Source: a virus. Taken from it: DNA of 64,000 nucleotides. Below are positions 1 through 8,216 of this stretch, piece after piece. The translations under genes and the position numbers were made by a program. Each line of letters begins with the position of its first letter. The stretch's first letter is position 1. The DNA lies in the IMG/VR virus record IMGVR_UViG_3300031552_000002, positions 11,792 through 75,791 of that record. The stretch is one strand, 5' to 3'. The notes beneath the pieces were generated by a model. The model was not told the origin of the DNA. It worked only from the letters and a program-made list of their open reading frames with translations, and ran no database searches.

Positions 1-1
1 C

Positions 2-142
2 AGCACCGACAGCCGCGACCACCTCGACCGGGCCAACGAGTGGCTTCGGGAGAACCTCAGCCCCGACGCCAAGGTGCTGGGGGCATTCACCCAGCCCCTT
101 GACGGAGACTGGCAGTCAGAGCACCTGGTCATGTATCCGTGA
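2..142 (+). CDS. 3' end of hypothetical protein, paralog of 4303..4734
   Basis: Manual translation STDSRDHLDRANEWLRENLSPDAKVLGAF...* matches NTDSRDHVDRANEWLRENLYPSAKVLGAF in 4303..4734. Confidence 0.75.
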   Translation, partial: STDSRDHLDRANEWLRENLSPDAKVLGAFTQPLDGDWQSEHLVMYP

Positions 143-171
143 TGCGGTCGCCAGATGTCTCGGCGTAATGG

Positions 172-200
172 TTGACAACGCCCGCCGCACCTGACAGTAT
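172..200 (+). promoter_or_regulatory. Repeated sigma70-type promoter, copy 1
   Basis: TTGACA-N17-CAGTAT with TG extended -10; same motif at five other sites. Confidence 0.8.
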
Positions 201-244
201 TCAGGTGTCGGCAAGGTTCACCCCACCACCACCAGGAGGACACC

Positions 245-604
245 ATGAACGCCACCCGCGAGATCTGCAGCTGGAACAACATCGCCACCAGTACGCTCCG
301 GGTCGAGGACTGCGTCAGCGACTACCTGTCAGGTGGCGGCGTCGAGTTCGGCGAGCGCTGCTCCGCCACCGGGAGCTATGCCCGGATGGTCGATGGCTAC
401 CGGGACGCGATCAACGAGGCTTTCCCCGAGGGCATCTCCCTCAACGGGGACGTCGTGTATGGCCCCGCCGACACCGACATCGCGCTTGAGACGCTCCGCG
501 AGATCGTCGAAGAGATCGACCTCGGCGCGATCGTCGAGCGTCACGACCCCGACCGCCACGGCAACCGCGAGGTCGCCGAGGTCACCGGACGCCACGACCG
601 CTGA
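245..604 (+). CDS. Acidic hypothetical protein (ATREIC family), paralog of 22406..22717
   Basis: RBS AGGAGG; MNATREICSW vs MGATREICNW. Confidence 0.75.
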   Translation: MNATREICSWNNIATSTLRVEDCVSDYLSGGGVEFGERCSATGSYARMVDGYRDAINEAFPEGISLNGDVVYGPADTDIALETLREIVEEIDLGAIVERHDPDRHGNREVAEVTGRHDR

Positions 605-610
605 CCAGCC

Positions 611-657
611 AGGCGGAAGGCCCCACCCCAGCATCCCGGGGTGGGGCCTTCCGTCTG
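611..657. terminator. Hairpin terminator between convergent genes
   Basis: aggcggaaggccccacccc-agcatccc-ggggtggggccttccgtct inverted repeat. Confidence 0.65.
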
Positions 658-698
658 TCCAAGACCATCCATCGGGCCTTGTGGCCAGGCGGATTCCC

Positions 699-1400
699 CT
701 ACGGATCGGTGTAGGTACGCCAGGCGCGGGTGATGACCCCGGACCCGGGGAACAGGTCGTCCAGGGTGTCCCCGGGCTGGGCGTTGAGCAGGTCGAAGAC
801 CCACCGGGCGAAAACCGGTGGCTTGGTGCCGATGACACGGCCCGGGACAGTAGTCATGGGCGTCACCCCGTGCACGAGGGAGTCAGGCACTGCTTCCCCG
901 TCAGGGTCACGAGGCCGGGACGGCACATACAGTACGGGCTCCCACGCGGTCAGGGGGTTGCGGGACCGCGTAGGCCGGGGGCCCCGGTGCCACGCGGCGA
1001 CACGGACCCCGCGCGGGCACAGGCCCAGGACCGCGGGTAGGGCGCTGGCCGAGGTTGACAGGGCCCATCCGTCATACCCGCAGAGCCGACGGATCAGCAC
1101 GGCATGATCGACCTCCCCGGCGTAGTCCGGGTGATCCCGGTAGTAGTGCGCGAGCCCGGGGTACGGGGGGTCAGCGTAGGCCAGCCGCCGAGGACCCCCA
1201 GGGCAGGCAGGACCGGCGGTGCCGACGACCCGGGCGAACCTGGCCCGGGCCTGCCGGCAACGCTGCGAGCAGGTCAGGGCGTCGGACCGGGCGGCGGCCG
1301 GCAGGGGGCCCTCGCACCACGCGCAGGTGCGGGTAGCCGTCGAGTCCGGCCGCGGGCGACGGCTCAGGCCCCGCCCCGGGGCAGGGGCGGTGTCAGACAT
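699..1400 (-). CDS. N6-adenine/N4-cytosine DNA methyltransferase with N-terminal Zn finger
   Basis: DPPY catalytic motif, TKP, DLFPGSG SAM motif; CAWC...CSQRCR. Confidence 0.8.
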   Translation of the reverse strand: MSDTAPAPGRGLSRRPRPDSTATRTCAWCEGPLPAAARSDALTCSQRCRQARARFARVVGTAGPACPGGPRRLAYADPPYPGLAHYYRDHPDYAGEVDHAVLIRRLCGYDGWALSTSASALPAVLGLCPRGVRVAAWHRGPRPTRSRNPLTAWEPVLYVPSRPRDPDGEAVPDSLVHGVTPMTTVPGRVIGTKPPVFARWVFDLLNAQPGDTLDDLFPGSGVITRAWRTYTDP

Positions 1401-1512
1401 GGCCGGTCAGGGTCCAGTGGTTGGCGGCGGTGCGGACCTGGACGCCGGGGACTTGCATGGCCCCGGTGCTTGATCCGCCCGCCCCGCAGAACAGATCAGT
1501 CATGGTGATCAT
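1393..1512 (-). pseudogene. Truncated N-terminus of a C5-cytosine DNA methyltransferase (39 aa)
   Basis: Manual translation MITMTDLFCGAGGSSTGAMQVPGVQVRTAANHWTLTGHV*; FxGxGG motif I and AANHW. Confidence 0.75.
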
Positions 1513-2111
1513 CGCAGGTCCCTGAAGTTGGTAATGATGGTGTCATCGTTGGCGACCTGCTCAGCCTTAAGACCGGTGGCTGTCGGCCAGCACGCGCCGG
1601 GGCACAGGAGGGGAGTTAGGGCCCTGGCGGTGGCAGCGCTGGTGGTCTGCAGGTACAGGCCACTGGCCGTGACCGTGATGTGCCAGAGGTCCGCCAGGTT
1701 TATGGGGGACCCGGGGACGGTCAGGGCCTCGTGCAGGCGGGCCAGGTGGCCGATCATGGCGCTGGAACCCGGGATGCGGTGCTGGATCAGCACCCGGGCG
1801 TCGTGAATGATCGTGACGTCCGCGTAGTGCCCCCACGGTGTCGGCGCCCCGGACCCGGACCATTGAGTCAGCGGCGGGTGCGTGTTCTTGGACGGCGGGA
1901 CCCCCAGGCGGTCAGCGAACACCTGGGCCGCCTCGACAGAGGCCATGGCCAGGGTCAGGTAGGGGGATCCCGGCTGGCACTGGTAGGTCGCGATACCGAT
2001 GCTGTCGATCTGTCCGGCCTCGGCGGGCAGCTGCCTGAGCAGGGCCAGCAGATCTGCCACGTGGGCCCCCGGGGAGGCGTACGAAACGGGCCGGTCGGTG
2101 CTGTCGGTCAT
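1509..2111 (-). CDS. Hypothetical protein
   Basis: RBS AGAGAGGA upstream of MTDSTD; ORF track. Confidence 0.6.
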   Translation of the reverse strand: MTDSTDRPVSYASPGAHVADLLALLRQLPAEAGQIDSIGIATYQCQPGSPYLTLAMASVEAAQVFADRLGVPPSKNTHPPLTQWSGSGAPTPWGHYADVTIIHDARVLIQHRIPGSSAMIGHLARLHEALTVPGSPINLADLWHITVTASGLYLQTTSAATARALTPLLCPGACWPTATGLKAEQVANDDTIITNFRDLR

Positions 2112-2144
2112 GGTGATGTCCTCTCTGTGCTGGTGGTCAGGAGT

Positions 2145-2202
2145 GCCCTGGCCCGGTCTGACTCCGGGTGTCCCGCTCACGTCCCTGCGCGGGGTCCAGG
2201 GC
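2145..2202 (-). ncRNA. Intergenic three-way-junction structured element, copy 1
   Basis: P1 gccctgg/ccagggc, P2 cccgc/gcggg, P3 cccgg-AGUCAGA-ccggg; repeated at 2975 and 3430. Confidence 0.55.
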
Positions 2203-2212
2203 TGGCCTGGTG

Positions 2213-2941
2213 TCAGATCTCCCAGGAGGCTTCTCGTAGGCAGTCCTCGCACCACCAACGCGGTGCGAGTTCCTCATTGTCGTCGGAGGGAGCGGACCCG
2301 GGGCAGGCGCCGGGGCCAGCAAGCCACCACTCGACGGCGGACGGGTCGGGGGCGGACACCAGTTCGGGGACCTCAGGCACGGCCCGGTGGCACCTGTGGC
2401 ATTTCCCCAGGGCGCCCTGGGCGGCCTGGCCCTGTGCCTCCTGGGCGGGGGGTGTTTCTCGGATCTCCCGCAGGTAGACCCCGAGAGCCTCCAGGGTGAC
2501 GTGATGCTCCGGCTTGGTGGCGAGGGCGGACAACAGCCCGTGCAGACGCCACAGCCATTGACGGTCGGTGCTGGTAGGGGCGGGGCGGTGTGCCTTCAGC
2601 GCGCGGAGGATCACGGCCTGGTCGGCGCCATACTGCTGTGCCAGGACTGAGGCGAGAGCCTCCACCCCAGCCCCCTCCACGGGGATCTGCCGTTCTTTGT
2701 CGAAGATCAAGCCGTCGGACTTACGTCCGATGACCTGCGTGAGCGCGGTCTCTCTGACGTCCCAGTGCCCACCAGACAGCTGTAGGACGGCCAGTTCGAC
2801 ATCGTGGCCGTCACCGGTCTCGGCGTCGACGACGGTGAGAGACACCTCACTGTCAGCGAGTGGGACGTCGCTGAAGAAACCGCCTCGAATGCGGATCTCG
2901 GTTCCCGGGTGGTAGAGATCCCCGATGGGGTACATGACCAT
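2213..2941 (-). CDS. Hypothetical protein, paralog of 3042..3395 with C-terminal extension
   Basis: MVMYPIGDLYHPGTEI...LQLSGGHWDVRE. Confidence 0.7.
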   Translation of the reverse strand: MVMYPIGDLYHPGTEIRIRGGFFSDVPLADSEVSLTVVDAETGDGHDVELAVLQLSGGHWDVRETALTQVIGRKSDGLIFDKERQIPVEGAGVEALASVLAQQYGADQAVILRALKAHRPAPTSTDRQWLWRLHGLLSALATKPEHHVTLEALGVYLREIRETPPAQEAQGQAAQGALGKCHRCHRAVPEVPELVSAPDPSAVEWWLAGPGACPGSAPSDDNEELAPRWWCEDCLREASWEI

Positions 2942-2974
2942 GATCTTGTCCTCTCTGGGGGTGATGCTGGTCGT

Positions 2975-3031
2975 GCCCTGGCCCGGTCCGACTCCGGGTG
3001 TCCCGCTCGCGTCCTGCGCGGGGTCCAGGGC
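2975..3031 (-). ncRNA. Structured element, copy 2
   Basis: Near-identical to 2145..2202. Confidence 0.55.
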
Positions 3032-3041
3032 TGGTCTGGGG

Positions 3042-3395
3042 TCAGGCATCCGGGCCGGGGTGTGCCTGGAGGGCGCGGAGGATCACGGCCTGGTTTGCTC
3101 CGTACTCCTGAGCCAGGGCTGAGGCGAGGGCCTCCAGTCCGGTCCCCTCTACGGGGATCTGCCGTTCCTCGTCGTACACCCAGCTGTCGAACTTGCGTCC
3201 GACGAGCTGCCCGAGGATTGCCTCTCGGACGTCCCAAGAACCGTTCGACAGCTGTAGGACGGTCAGCTCGGCGTCGTACCCGTTGCCGGTGTCGGCGTCG
3301 GTGACGGCGAGATCCATCTCACAGTCTGTGAGTGGACCGTAAATGTCGATCTCGGTCCCCTGGTGGTACTCCTTGCCGATGGCGTACATGACCAT
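3042..3395 (-). CDS. Hypothetical protein, paralog of 2213..2941
   Basis: MVMYAIGKEYHQGTEI...LQLSNGSWDVRE. Confidence 0.75.
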   Translation of the reverse strand: MVMYAIGKEYHQGTEIDIYGPLTDCEMDLAVTDADTGNGYDAELTVLQLSNGSWDVREAILGQLVGRKFDSWVYDEERQIPVEGTGLEALASALAQEYGANQAVILRALQAHPGPDA

Positions 3396-3429
3396 GGTCG
3401 TGTCCTCTCTGGTGGTGTTGTGGTCTGGC

Positions 3430-3483
3430 GCCTTGCCCCGGTCTGACTCCGGGCGCCCGCCTCAGTGGTGGCGGTGGCAAGGC
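3430..3483 (-). ncRNA. Structured element, copy 3 (covarying stems)
   Basis: P1 gccttgcc/ggcaaggc, P2 ccgcc/ggcgg, identical P3. Confidence 0.5.
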
Positions 3484-3490
3484 TGGTGGT

Positions 3491-3862
3491 TCAACGTGCC
3501 GAGCGGCGTGCTGCTTCAGCTCTCCGGTAGCGGGTAGCCCACCGGCGGACGAGCTTCCTAAGCTCGGTGGCCTCTGTTGGTGTCACGAAGACGTAGCCCT
3601 GCTGACAGCGCGTCAGCTGGTGGAGCTCGACCCAGCCCGGAGTCGAGTACTCCCAGGACTTGAAGAGTGGGCGGAGCACGGCGAGGAAAGCCTCGTCGTA
3701 GTTCCAGCCCCAGCTGGCGTTCCTGACGACGCTGTCGTCATCGATGACGGTGACGGCGTCGAGGGCGTCGGCGGGGACGCGGGGAGCGTTCCCCGGCTTC
3801 TGGGCCGGGTTCACTGTCGCCGGAATTCCGGCGATCAGCTCGCTCACCGTTTTCTCGCTCAT
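3491..3862 (-). CDS. Hypothetical protein
   Basis: RBS GGGAGGAG; ORF track. Confidence 0.7.
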   Translation of the reverse strand: MSEKTVSELIAGIPATVNPAQKPGNAPRVPADALDAVTVIDDDSVVRNASWGWNYDEAFLAVLRPLFKSWEYSTPGWVELHQLTRCQQGYVFVTPTEATELRKLVRRWATRYRRAEAARRSAR

Positions 3863-3892
3863 GGTGGCTCCTCCCTTCGGTGTCGTCGGTGA

Positions 3893-4147
3893 TCAGGCGG
3901 CGAGCGCGGTCTCGATGATCTCGCCCGCCTCGTCACCGGTGAGGTAGGCGATGGTCTCGCTGACCACCGGGTCGATGTTGCTGGCGCTGATGGGGGTGTC
4001 GGCGCCGATGTTGAGGGTGTAGGTGACGCGTCCCACCGCCAGGTTCTCGGCGACGCCGTTGTTGGCGCCGAGGGCCGCGAGTTCGGCGTTGAGGTACTCC
4101 TCGACCAGGTCGCTGATGAGGTCGGTGACGGTGGGGGTGGCGTTCAT
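3893..4147 (-). CDS. Small acidic hypothetical protein
   Basis: GAGGAGGACACCATG start directly after repeated promoter. Confidence 0.75.
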   Translation of the reverse strand: MNATPTVTDLISDLVEEYLNAELAALGANNGVAENLAVGRVTYTLNIGADTPISASNIDPVVSETIAYLTGDEAGEIIETALAA

Positions 4148-4180
4148 GGTGTCCTCCTCGGCTCACGTTCTGACATCCAC

Positions 4181-4209
4181 ATACTGTCATGTGCCGTAGG
4201 TGCTGTCAA
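4181..4209 (-). promoter_or_regulatory. Repeated promoter, copy 2
   Basis: TTGACA-N17-CAGTATGTGGATGTCA. Confidence 0.8.
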
Positions 4210-4257
4210 CCTGAGACGCTGAGACACGCCCAGGAACATGCGGAAGGCCAGCAACCA

Positions 4258-4293
4258 GAAGGGCGCCCGCCGGAACTCCGGCGGGCGCCCTTC
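4258..4293 (-). terminator. Intrinsic terminator hairpin
   Basis: gaagggcgcccgccgga-ac-tccggcgggcgcccttc inverted repeat. Confidence 0.65.
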
Positions 4294-4302
4294 GAGGGGT
4301 GA

Positions 4303-4734
4303 TCACATCACCTGTAGGTGATCTGCACTTCCAGATCCGTAACTGAACGCCCCTAGCACCTTGGCGCTGGGGTAGAGGTTTTCCCGGAGCCACTCGTTGG
4401 CCCGGTCCACATGGTCACGACTGTCGGTGTTACTGCTCACGATGGTCAGGCCCGCCGGGATGTGGTGCTTGTCCAGCCAGCCGTGGAGCCCCTGAGCCTT
4501 GTCCTTCGACACCAGGTCGGTGGAGGCCACGATGAAGGCCCCACCCCTCATGAGCGACCGCATGAGCGCGGCATAGCCAGGATCCGGCTCCCCCCAAGAA
4601 ATCACCCCACCATCACCCAGCACCGGGGCCGGAGCGACAAGGTACTCGATGTCGAACATCCAAGCCGACCGCCTGACTACTCCCTTAGCTCGACGGAGAA
4701 GGTACTCGATGTCGAACATCCAAACTGACCGCAT
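4303..4734 (-). CDS. Hypothetical protein with duplicated N-terminus
   Basis: WMFDIEYL occurs twice; paralog of 2..142. Confidence 0.65.
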   Translation of the reverse strand: MRSVWMFDIEYLLRRAKGVVRRSAWMFDIEYLVAPAPVLGDGGVISWGEPDPGYAALMRSLMRGGAFIVASTDLVSKDKAQGLHGWLDKHHIPAGLTIVSSNTDSRDHVDRANEWLRENLYPSAKVLGAFSYGSGSADHLQVM

Positions 4735-4751
4735 GACTACTCCCTTAGCTC
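4639..4751. repeat. 60-bp tandem duplication spanning RBS and gene start
   Basis: aaggtactcgatgtcgaacatccaa...tgactactcccttagctc x2. Confidence 0.9.
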
Positions 4752-5254
4752 AGGTGGGGCGGGATGGTCCCAGCCCTCGGGATGATGTCGCCAATGTCGT
4801 CCCGGATGATGTCCCCCCCGTCACCCTCACCGGGCCTCTCGTGCGCCGACCCGGCGGCGAGTCCGCGCAGTGCCGATGACACGTCCGTCATCCTGTCCCG
4901 TAGCGGGTCGATGTCTTCATTCCGGACTCGGAACGTCTTCACTCCGGACCCGTCTGTCAGCTCGGTGCTGATCGTCGCGCCGCCACAGAATCCGCTGTCG
5001 AAATCGATGGCGACGAGCTTCGAGCGGAATCGCTGCCGGTCCTCGTCGGGAGAGAACCCGTCGTTACCGAACTCGGGGTCGTCGACGAATCCCTCAGGTT
5101 CGAGTTCGACCCAGCTGCGAGGATGCTGGGTCAGGGCTGCGCGCAGGGCGTCCCGGTAGGTGTTGTGGAGCCCTGGGGTGCGCCAGTCGGCGTCCCCGGC
5201 AATGATCCACGTCCCGGTCTCATCGGATTCGGTGGCGTGTGGTCCAACAATCAT
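4745..5254 (-). CDS. Hypothetical protein, paralog of N-terminal half of 15519..16628
   Basis: IIAGDADWRTPGLHNTYRDALRAALT vs VIADDADWTVPGIHNRYRAALQSALT. Confidence 0.75.
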   Translation of the reverse strand: MIVGPHATESDETGTWIIAGDADWRTPGLHNTYRDALRAALTQHPRSWVELEPEGFVDDPEFGNDGFSPDEDRQRFRSKLVAIDFDSGFCGGATISTELTDGSGVKTFRVRNEDIDPLRDRMTDVSSALRGLAAGSAHERPGEGDGGDIIRDDIGDIIPRAGTIPPHLS

Positions 5255-5295
5255 GGTGTCCTCCGCGTCATCGTCGTCATCGTCCCGACGTCCAC

Positions 5296-5324
5296 ATACT
5301 GTCACGTGCGGCTGTCATTGTCAA
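5296..5324 (-). promoter_or_regulatory. Repeated promoter, copy 3
   Basis: TTGACA-N17-CAGTATGTGGACGTC. Confidence 0.8.
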
Positions 5325-5345
5325 TGCGGAATACACGCCCCCACG

Positions 5346-5876
5346 TCATCCCTGCGAGCACGGCCCCAGCCGCTCACCGTCGAGAGTCGTCACACCTTCC
5401 CCCAGGTGCGCATCGCGGCTGATCTGACTTCCATGCGAGAGGATCACGTTCCGCTCGACGTCCGAACCGGAGCCGACGAATGATCCACTACCGATGAGGG
5501 CGTTCCTCCCTATCGTGACCCTTTCTCCGATCTGGACGGCGATCCCGACGACAACGGCGTCATGGATATGCGTCGCGTCTCCGACTCGGAGCCCATGCCC
5601 GAGGTCCGTGTGGCCACCATCGATGACGACGTCATCACCGATCTCGGAGCCGATCCCGAGGCTCGCGCCGATGCGCGACCTTGCCCCGATCTTCACCCCG
5701 AACCCGATCTTGACGTCATCCTCGATCTTGGTGTCTTCCCCGACGTCAGATCCAGCGAAGATCACCGCACGCCTGCCCACCTCGACCCCGGGGCCGATCT
5801 TTACCCAAGGGCCTACGGTGGCCGTCTCGTCGATAGTGGCCGTCTCGTTGATGGTGGCCGTCTTGTCGATGCCCAT
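5346..5876 (-). CDS. Hexapeptide-repeat left-handed beta-helix protein
   Basis: Continuous [IV]G/[ID]xxxx hexapeptide periodicity (TATINE TATIDE TATVGP WVKIGP GVEVGR); RBS AGGAGG. Confidence 0.8.
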   Translation of the reverse strand: MGIDKTATINETATIDETATVGPWVKIGPGVEVGRRAVIFAGSDVGEDTKIEDDVKIGFGVKIGARSRIGASLGIGSEIGDDVVIDGGHTDLGHGLRVGDATHIHDAVVVGIAVQIGERVTIGRNALIGSGSFVGSGSDVERNVILSHGSQISRDAHLGEGVTTLDGERLGPCSQG

Positions 5877-5974
5877 TGACTTCCTCCTTGTCAGAATCCG
5901 TTGTCTCCGCGGTCCCGCCGGTCCGTCTACCCGTCGCTGGCGGCCGCAGGCGACGAATGACGACGTGCTCGTGC

Positions 5975-6906
5975 TCAGGGAGAGCAGAGCTCGGGATCGG
6001 CGGCTCTCCGACGCTGCCTGAGGGCCGCCTTGACGTAGTCCGGCACCGGCACGCCCTTGCCGGCGCACTCCGGGCAGCAGATGACACGGTGGGTCGGGTG
6101 GTCAGGGCACATCGCCTGAGGACCGGGAGCCGGGTGGGCCGCTGTGTGCCGATCTGACGGCCTCAAATCGCGAAGCCATGCCACCACAGCACCACCGTGG
6201 CACGAACCCCAGGACCGGGAACCTACGGCGGCGGAAATGGTCCCTGGGGTCCACCCGTCGGCTATCAGCCGCTCACACTCCCGGATGATGACTCCCCGGT
6301 TCAGGGACCGGCCCACGTCACCGACACCCTCGACAACCGCCTCAGCGAGGAGGGCAGTGGTTCCCCTGTGCCCGGCCTCAGTCGGGTTCTGGGTTGCGGG
6401 GTTTCCCGTTGATCCTTCCACCACCACCGTTGCCTCGTCTTGGGGTGCGGTGGGGCCGGTGGGCTGGGGGGCTTGGGGGGTGGATGGTTCTACGGATGGT
6501 TCTAAGGATGGTTCGGGGGATGCTGGCATCCTCCCCCCCCCGGATGCTGGCATCCTCCCCCCCCGGATGCTGGCATCCCCCCCTGTTCAGGTGTCCGATG
6601 CTGCGACGTCCCATCGCAGCCGGCCGGACACCGGACGAGGATTTCATACCGGTTCGGACGCTCATGCTCAGCGGTCCGGCGAGTCCCGCCATCGCCCAGG
6701 TGAGTCCGGATCTCGCCGGCAGTCTCCAGGCGGCGCAGGGCCGCGCGGACGTTCCGGGGATCGACGTTCGCGTACTTGGCCAGCGTCGCGATGGTCGGCC
6801 AGGACCCGCCGTCGCCGTCGTGGTTGGCGATCCCGAGGAGGACGACCTTGTCGGTGCCTCTGGACCGTGAGTGGTGCAGGACGATCGCCAGTGCCTCGAC
6901 GCTCAT
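5975..6906 (-). CDS. HTH-type replication initiator Rep1, frameshifted in an iteron G-tract
   Basis: KVVLLGIANHD...SWPTIATLAKYAN...VRAALRRLETAGEI; ORFs 6502..6906 and 5975..6553 join if the C8 at 6557-6564 were C9. Confidence 0.7.
6518..6578. repeat. Iteron-like palindromic repeats (candidate origin 1)
   Basis: GGATGCTGGCATCC x3 spaced by C-tracts; adjacent 12-bp GGATGGTTCTA repeats. Confidence 0.7.
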
Positions 6907-6992
6907 GCCGGGCCTCTCCGCCCGGTCTCAGCATCCGACCGGACCGGGAGTGTGCCTCGACCGATCCGGGATGCGCGGGTACTATGGTTCAT
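6903..6992 (-). CDS. Putative 29-aa leader peptide translationally coupled to Rep1
   Basis: GGAGCTGACATG start; MNHSTRASR...RRGPA* with its stop overlapping the Rep1 ATG (ATGA). Confidence 0.5.
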   Translation of the reverse strand: MNHSTRASRIGRGTLPVRSDAETGRRGPA

Positions 6993-7055
6993 GTCAGCTC
7001 CGATCTGACCATGGCCCGGATCCCCTACCAGGGATGCCGGGCCTCCACTTTTTGT
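6980..7055 (+). ncRNA. Putative antisense (counter-transcribed) RNA over the Rep1 leader RBS
   Basis: -10 TACTAT, 5 nt, ATGTCAGCTCC, two hairpins, T-run; homolog at 33521..33600. Confidence 0.55.
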
Positions 7056-7257
7056 CTTGTGCTGTAACCATACTCTGTGGTCTCGTTCGCTGGCCGCAAG
7101 GAACGGCATCGAATATCTACAGCTCAGGTCGGGGTCACCTATCACCCCAGGTCCTCGATCTTCACCTGCCCCGACCCGTTGGACAAGGACAAGATCCTCC
7201 GTGCGATCGCTGGCATCGATCCTGCGGCGGTGATCACCGCCTGACACCAGCAACGCA

Positions 7258-7303
7258 CGCAGGGAGCCCCCGATCTCGCTATGAGATCAGGGGCTCCCTA
7301 CGT
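7258..7303. terminator. Long hairpin terminator
   Basis: agggagccccc gatctc...gagatc aggggctccct. Confidence 0.65.
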
Positions 7304-7307
7304 CTTG

Positions 7308-7616
7308 TCAGATCTTCGTCCGGCGCTTCCGGGGTTGAGTCTTCCTATCGTCGAGGCCCCACCAGCCGCACCCCGGCCGTGATCTCCGCCAGGCCAGTAC
7401 GTCTGAACGCCGGTACAGGTACCGGTGCAGATCAGGGGACCATGTCCTCGGGCACGGCGTGCACGCGGCAGTGTCCCGGAGGGCTGCCCGCGTGAAAACC
7501 GGGCGCGTCATCCTGAGAAGATCCGCCGCCTGCTGCGAGGTCAGCCAAACATCATCACCGGTCATGGTGTCATCGTCTCGTTCCATGTCTCGTTCCATTC
7601 CTTCACCTCCTCCCAC
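7308..7616 (-). CDS. Excisionase/MerR-like HTH protein
   Basis: WLTSQQAADLLRMT...RYLYRRSDVLAW; start uncertain. Confidence 0.65.
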   Translation of the reverse strand: MGGGEGMERDMERDDDTMTGDDVWLTSQQAADLLRMTRPVFTRAALRDTAACTPCPRTWSPDLHRYLYRRSDVLAWRRSRPGCGWWGLDDRKTQPRKRRTKI

Positions 7617-7777
7617 CGGTAACGGAGTTCACAGCCGACCCGGACAGACGGCAGCGGCCTTACCGTCCTGTTGGCCCACCGCCAGACGGTGACTGGTGAG
7701 ACCCCGAGGGCGCGTGCTACTGCTCCGACCCTCAAAAGGTCACCCCCCGCGTCAGCGGGGGGTCTGGTTGCTCCCAT
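7562..7777 (-). CDS. Excisionase/MerR-like HTH protein
   Basis: LLRVGAVARALGVSPVTVWRWA...LRYRWEEVKEW. Confidence 0.75.
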   Translation of the reverse strand: MGATRPPADAGGDLLRVGAVARALGVSPVTVWRWANRTVRPLPSVRVGCELRYRWEEVKEWNETWNETMTP

Positions 7778-7821
7778 CGGGGGTTCTCCTTCCTCGCCGA
7801 GTCTCCCACGTCCACGCAACG

Positions 7822-7851
7822 CTTGCAATACTTGCAATACTTGTGACATGG
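7822..7851. promoter_or_regulatory. 9-bp direct repeats in divergent promoter region (operator candidate)
   Basis: CTTGCAATA CTTGCAATA CTTGTGACA between HTH genes and the transfer operon. Confidence 0.5.
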
Positions 7852-7886
7852 TGAGTGTCACACGGGCACGACACGAAAGGGCAGAA

Positions 7887-8216
7887 ATGACAGTGCAACT
7901 AGAGCGCCTCGTAACAGAGGCCACAACGGCGGCCGTCGCCGTGTACGCCCTACGAACGGGAGACGTGGCCGCTACCTGGGGAGCCCTCGGCGCGTCCGGT
8001 GCCCTCGTTCTCTGGGCCGACGCCGACGGCCTCCCCGGACGGTCCCTCACGACCGTCCTCCTGATGATCGTCTTCGTGGGGGTTGCCCTGGACCTTCAGG
8101 GGATCTCGCCCCTCGGAGGCCCCATCACCTGGGCCCTCGCGGCCCTCGCCCTCGCGACCTGCGCGTCCTGGCTGCGGGCCACGAGACGCACAGGACGCAG
8201 GGAGGAGGCCCAGTGA
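7887..8216 (+). CDS. Small membrane protein (Spd-like)
   Basis: Several hydrophobic helices; first gene of the transfer operon. Confidence 0.6.
   Translation: MTVQLERLVTEATTAAVAVYALRTGDVAATWGALGASGALVLWADADGLPGRSLTTVLLMIVFVGVALDLQGISPLGGPITWALAALALATCASWLRATRRTGRREEAQ

Noticed and set aside
2145-3483. tRNA genes (T-arm-like CCCGG-TCYGACT-CCGGG on the + strand)
   Set aside because: No D-arm or anticodon arm, length only ~55 nt, and the loop is not TTCRA.
4639-4751. Mini CRISPR array
   Set aside because: The whole 60-bp unit is duplicated, there is no unique spacer and no cas genes.
7308-7777. Integration module
   Set aside because: Excisionase-like HTH genes are present, but no tyrosine or serine recombinase or att site is visible; one could lie outside the window.
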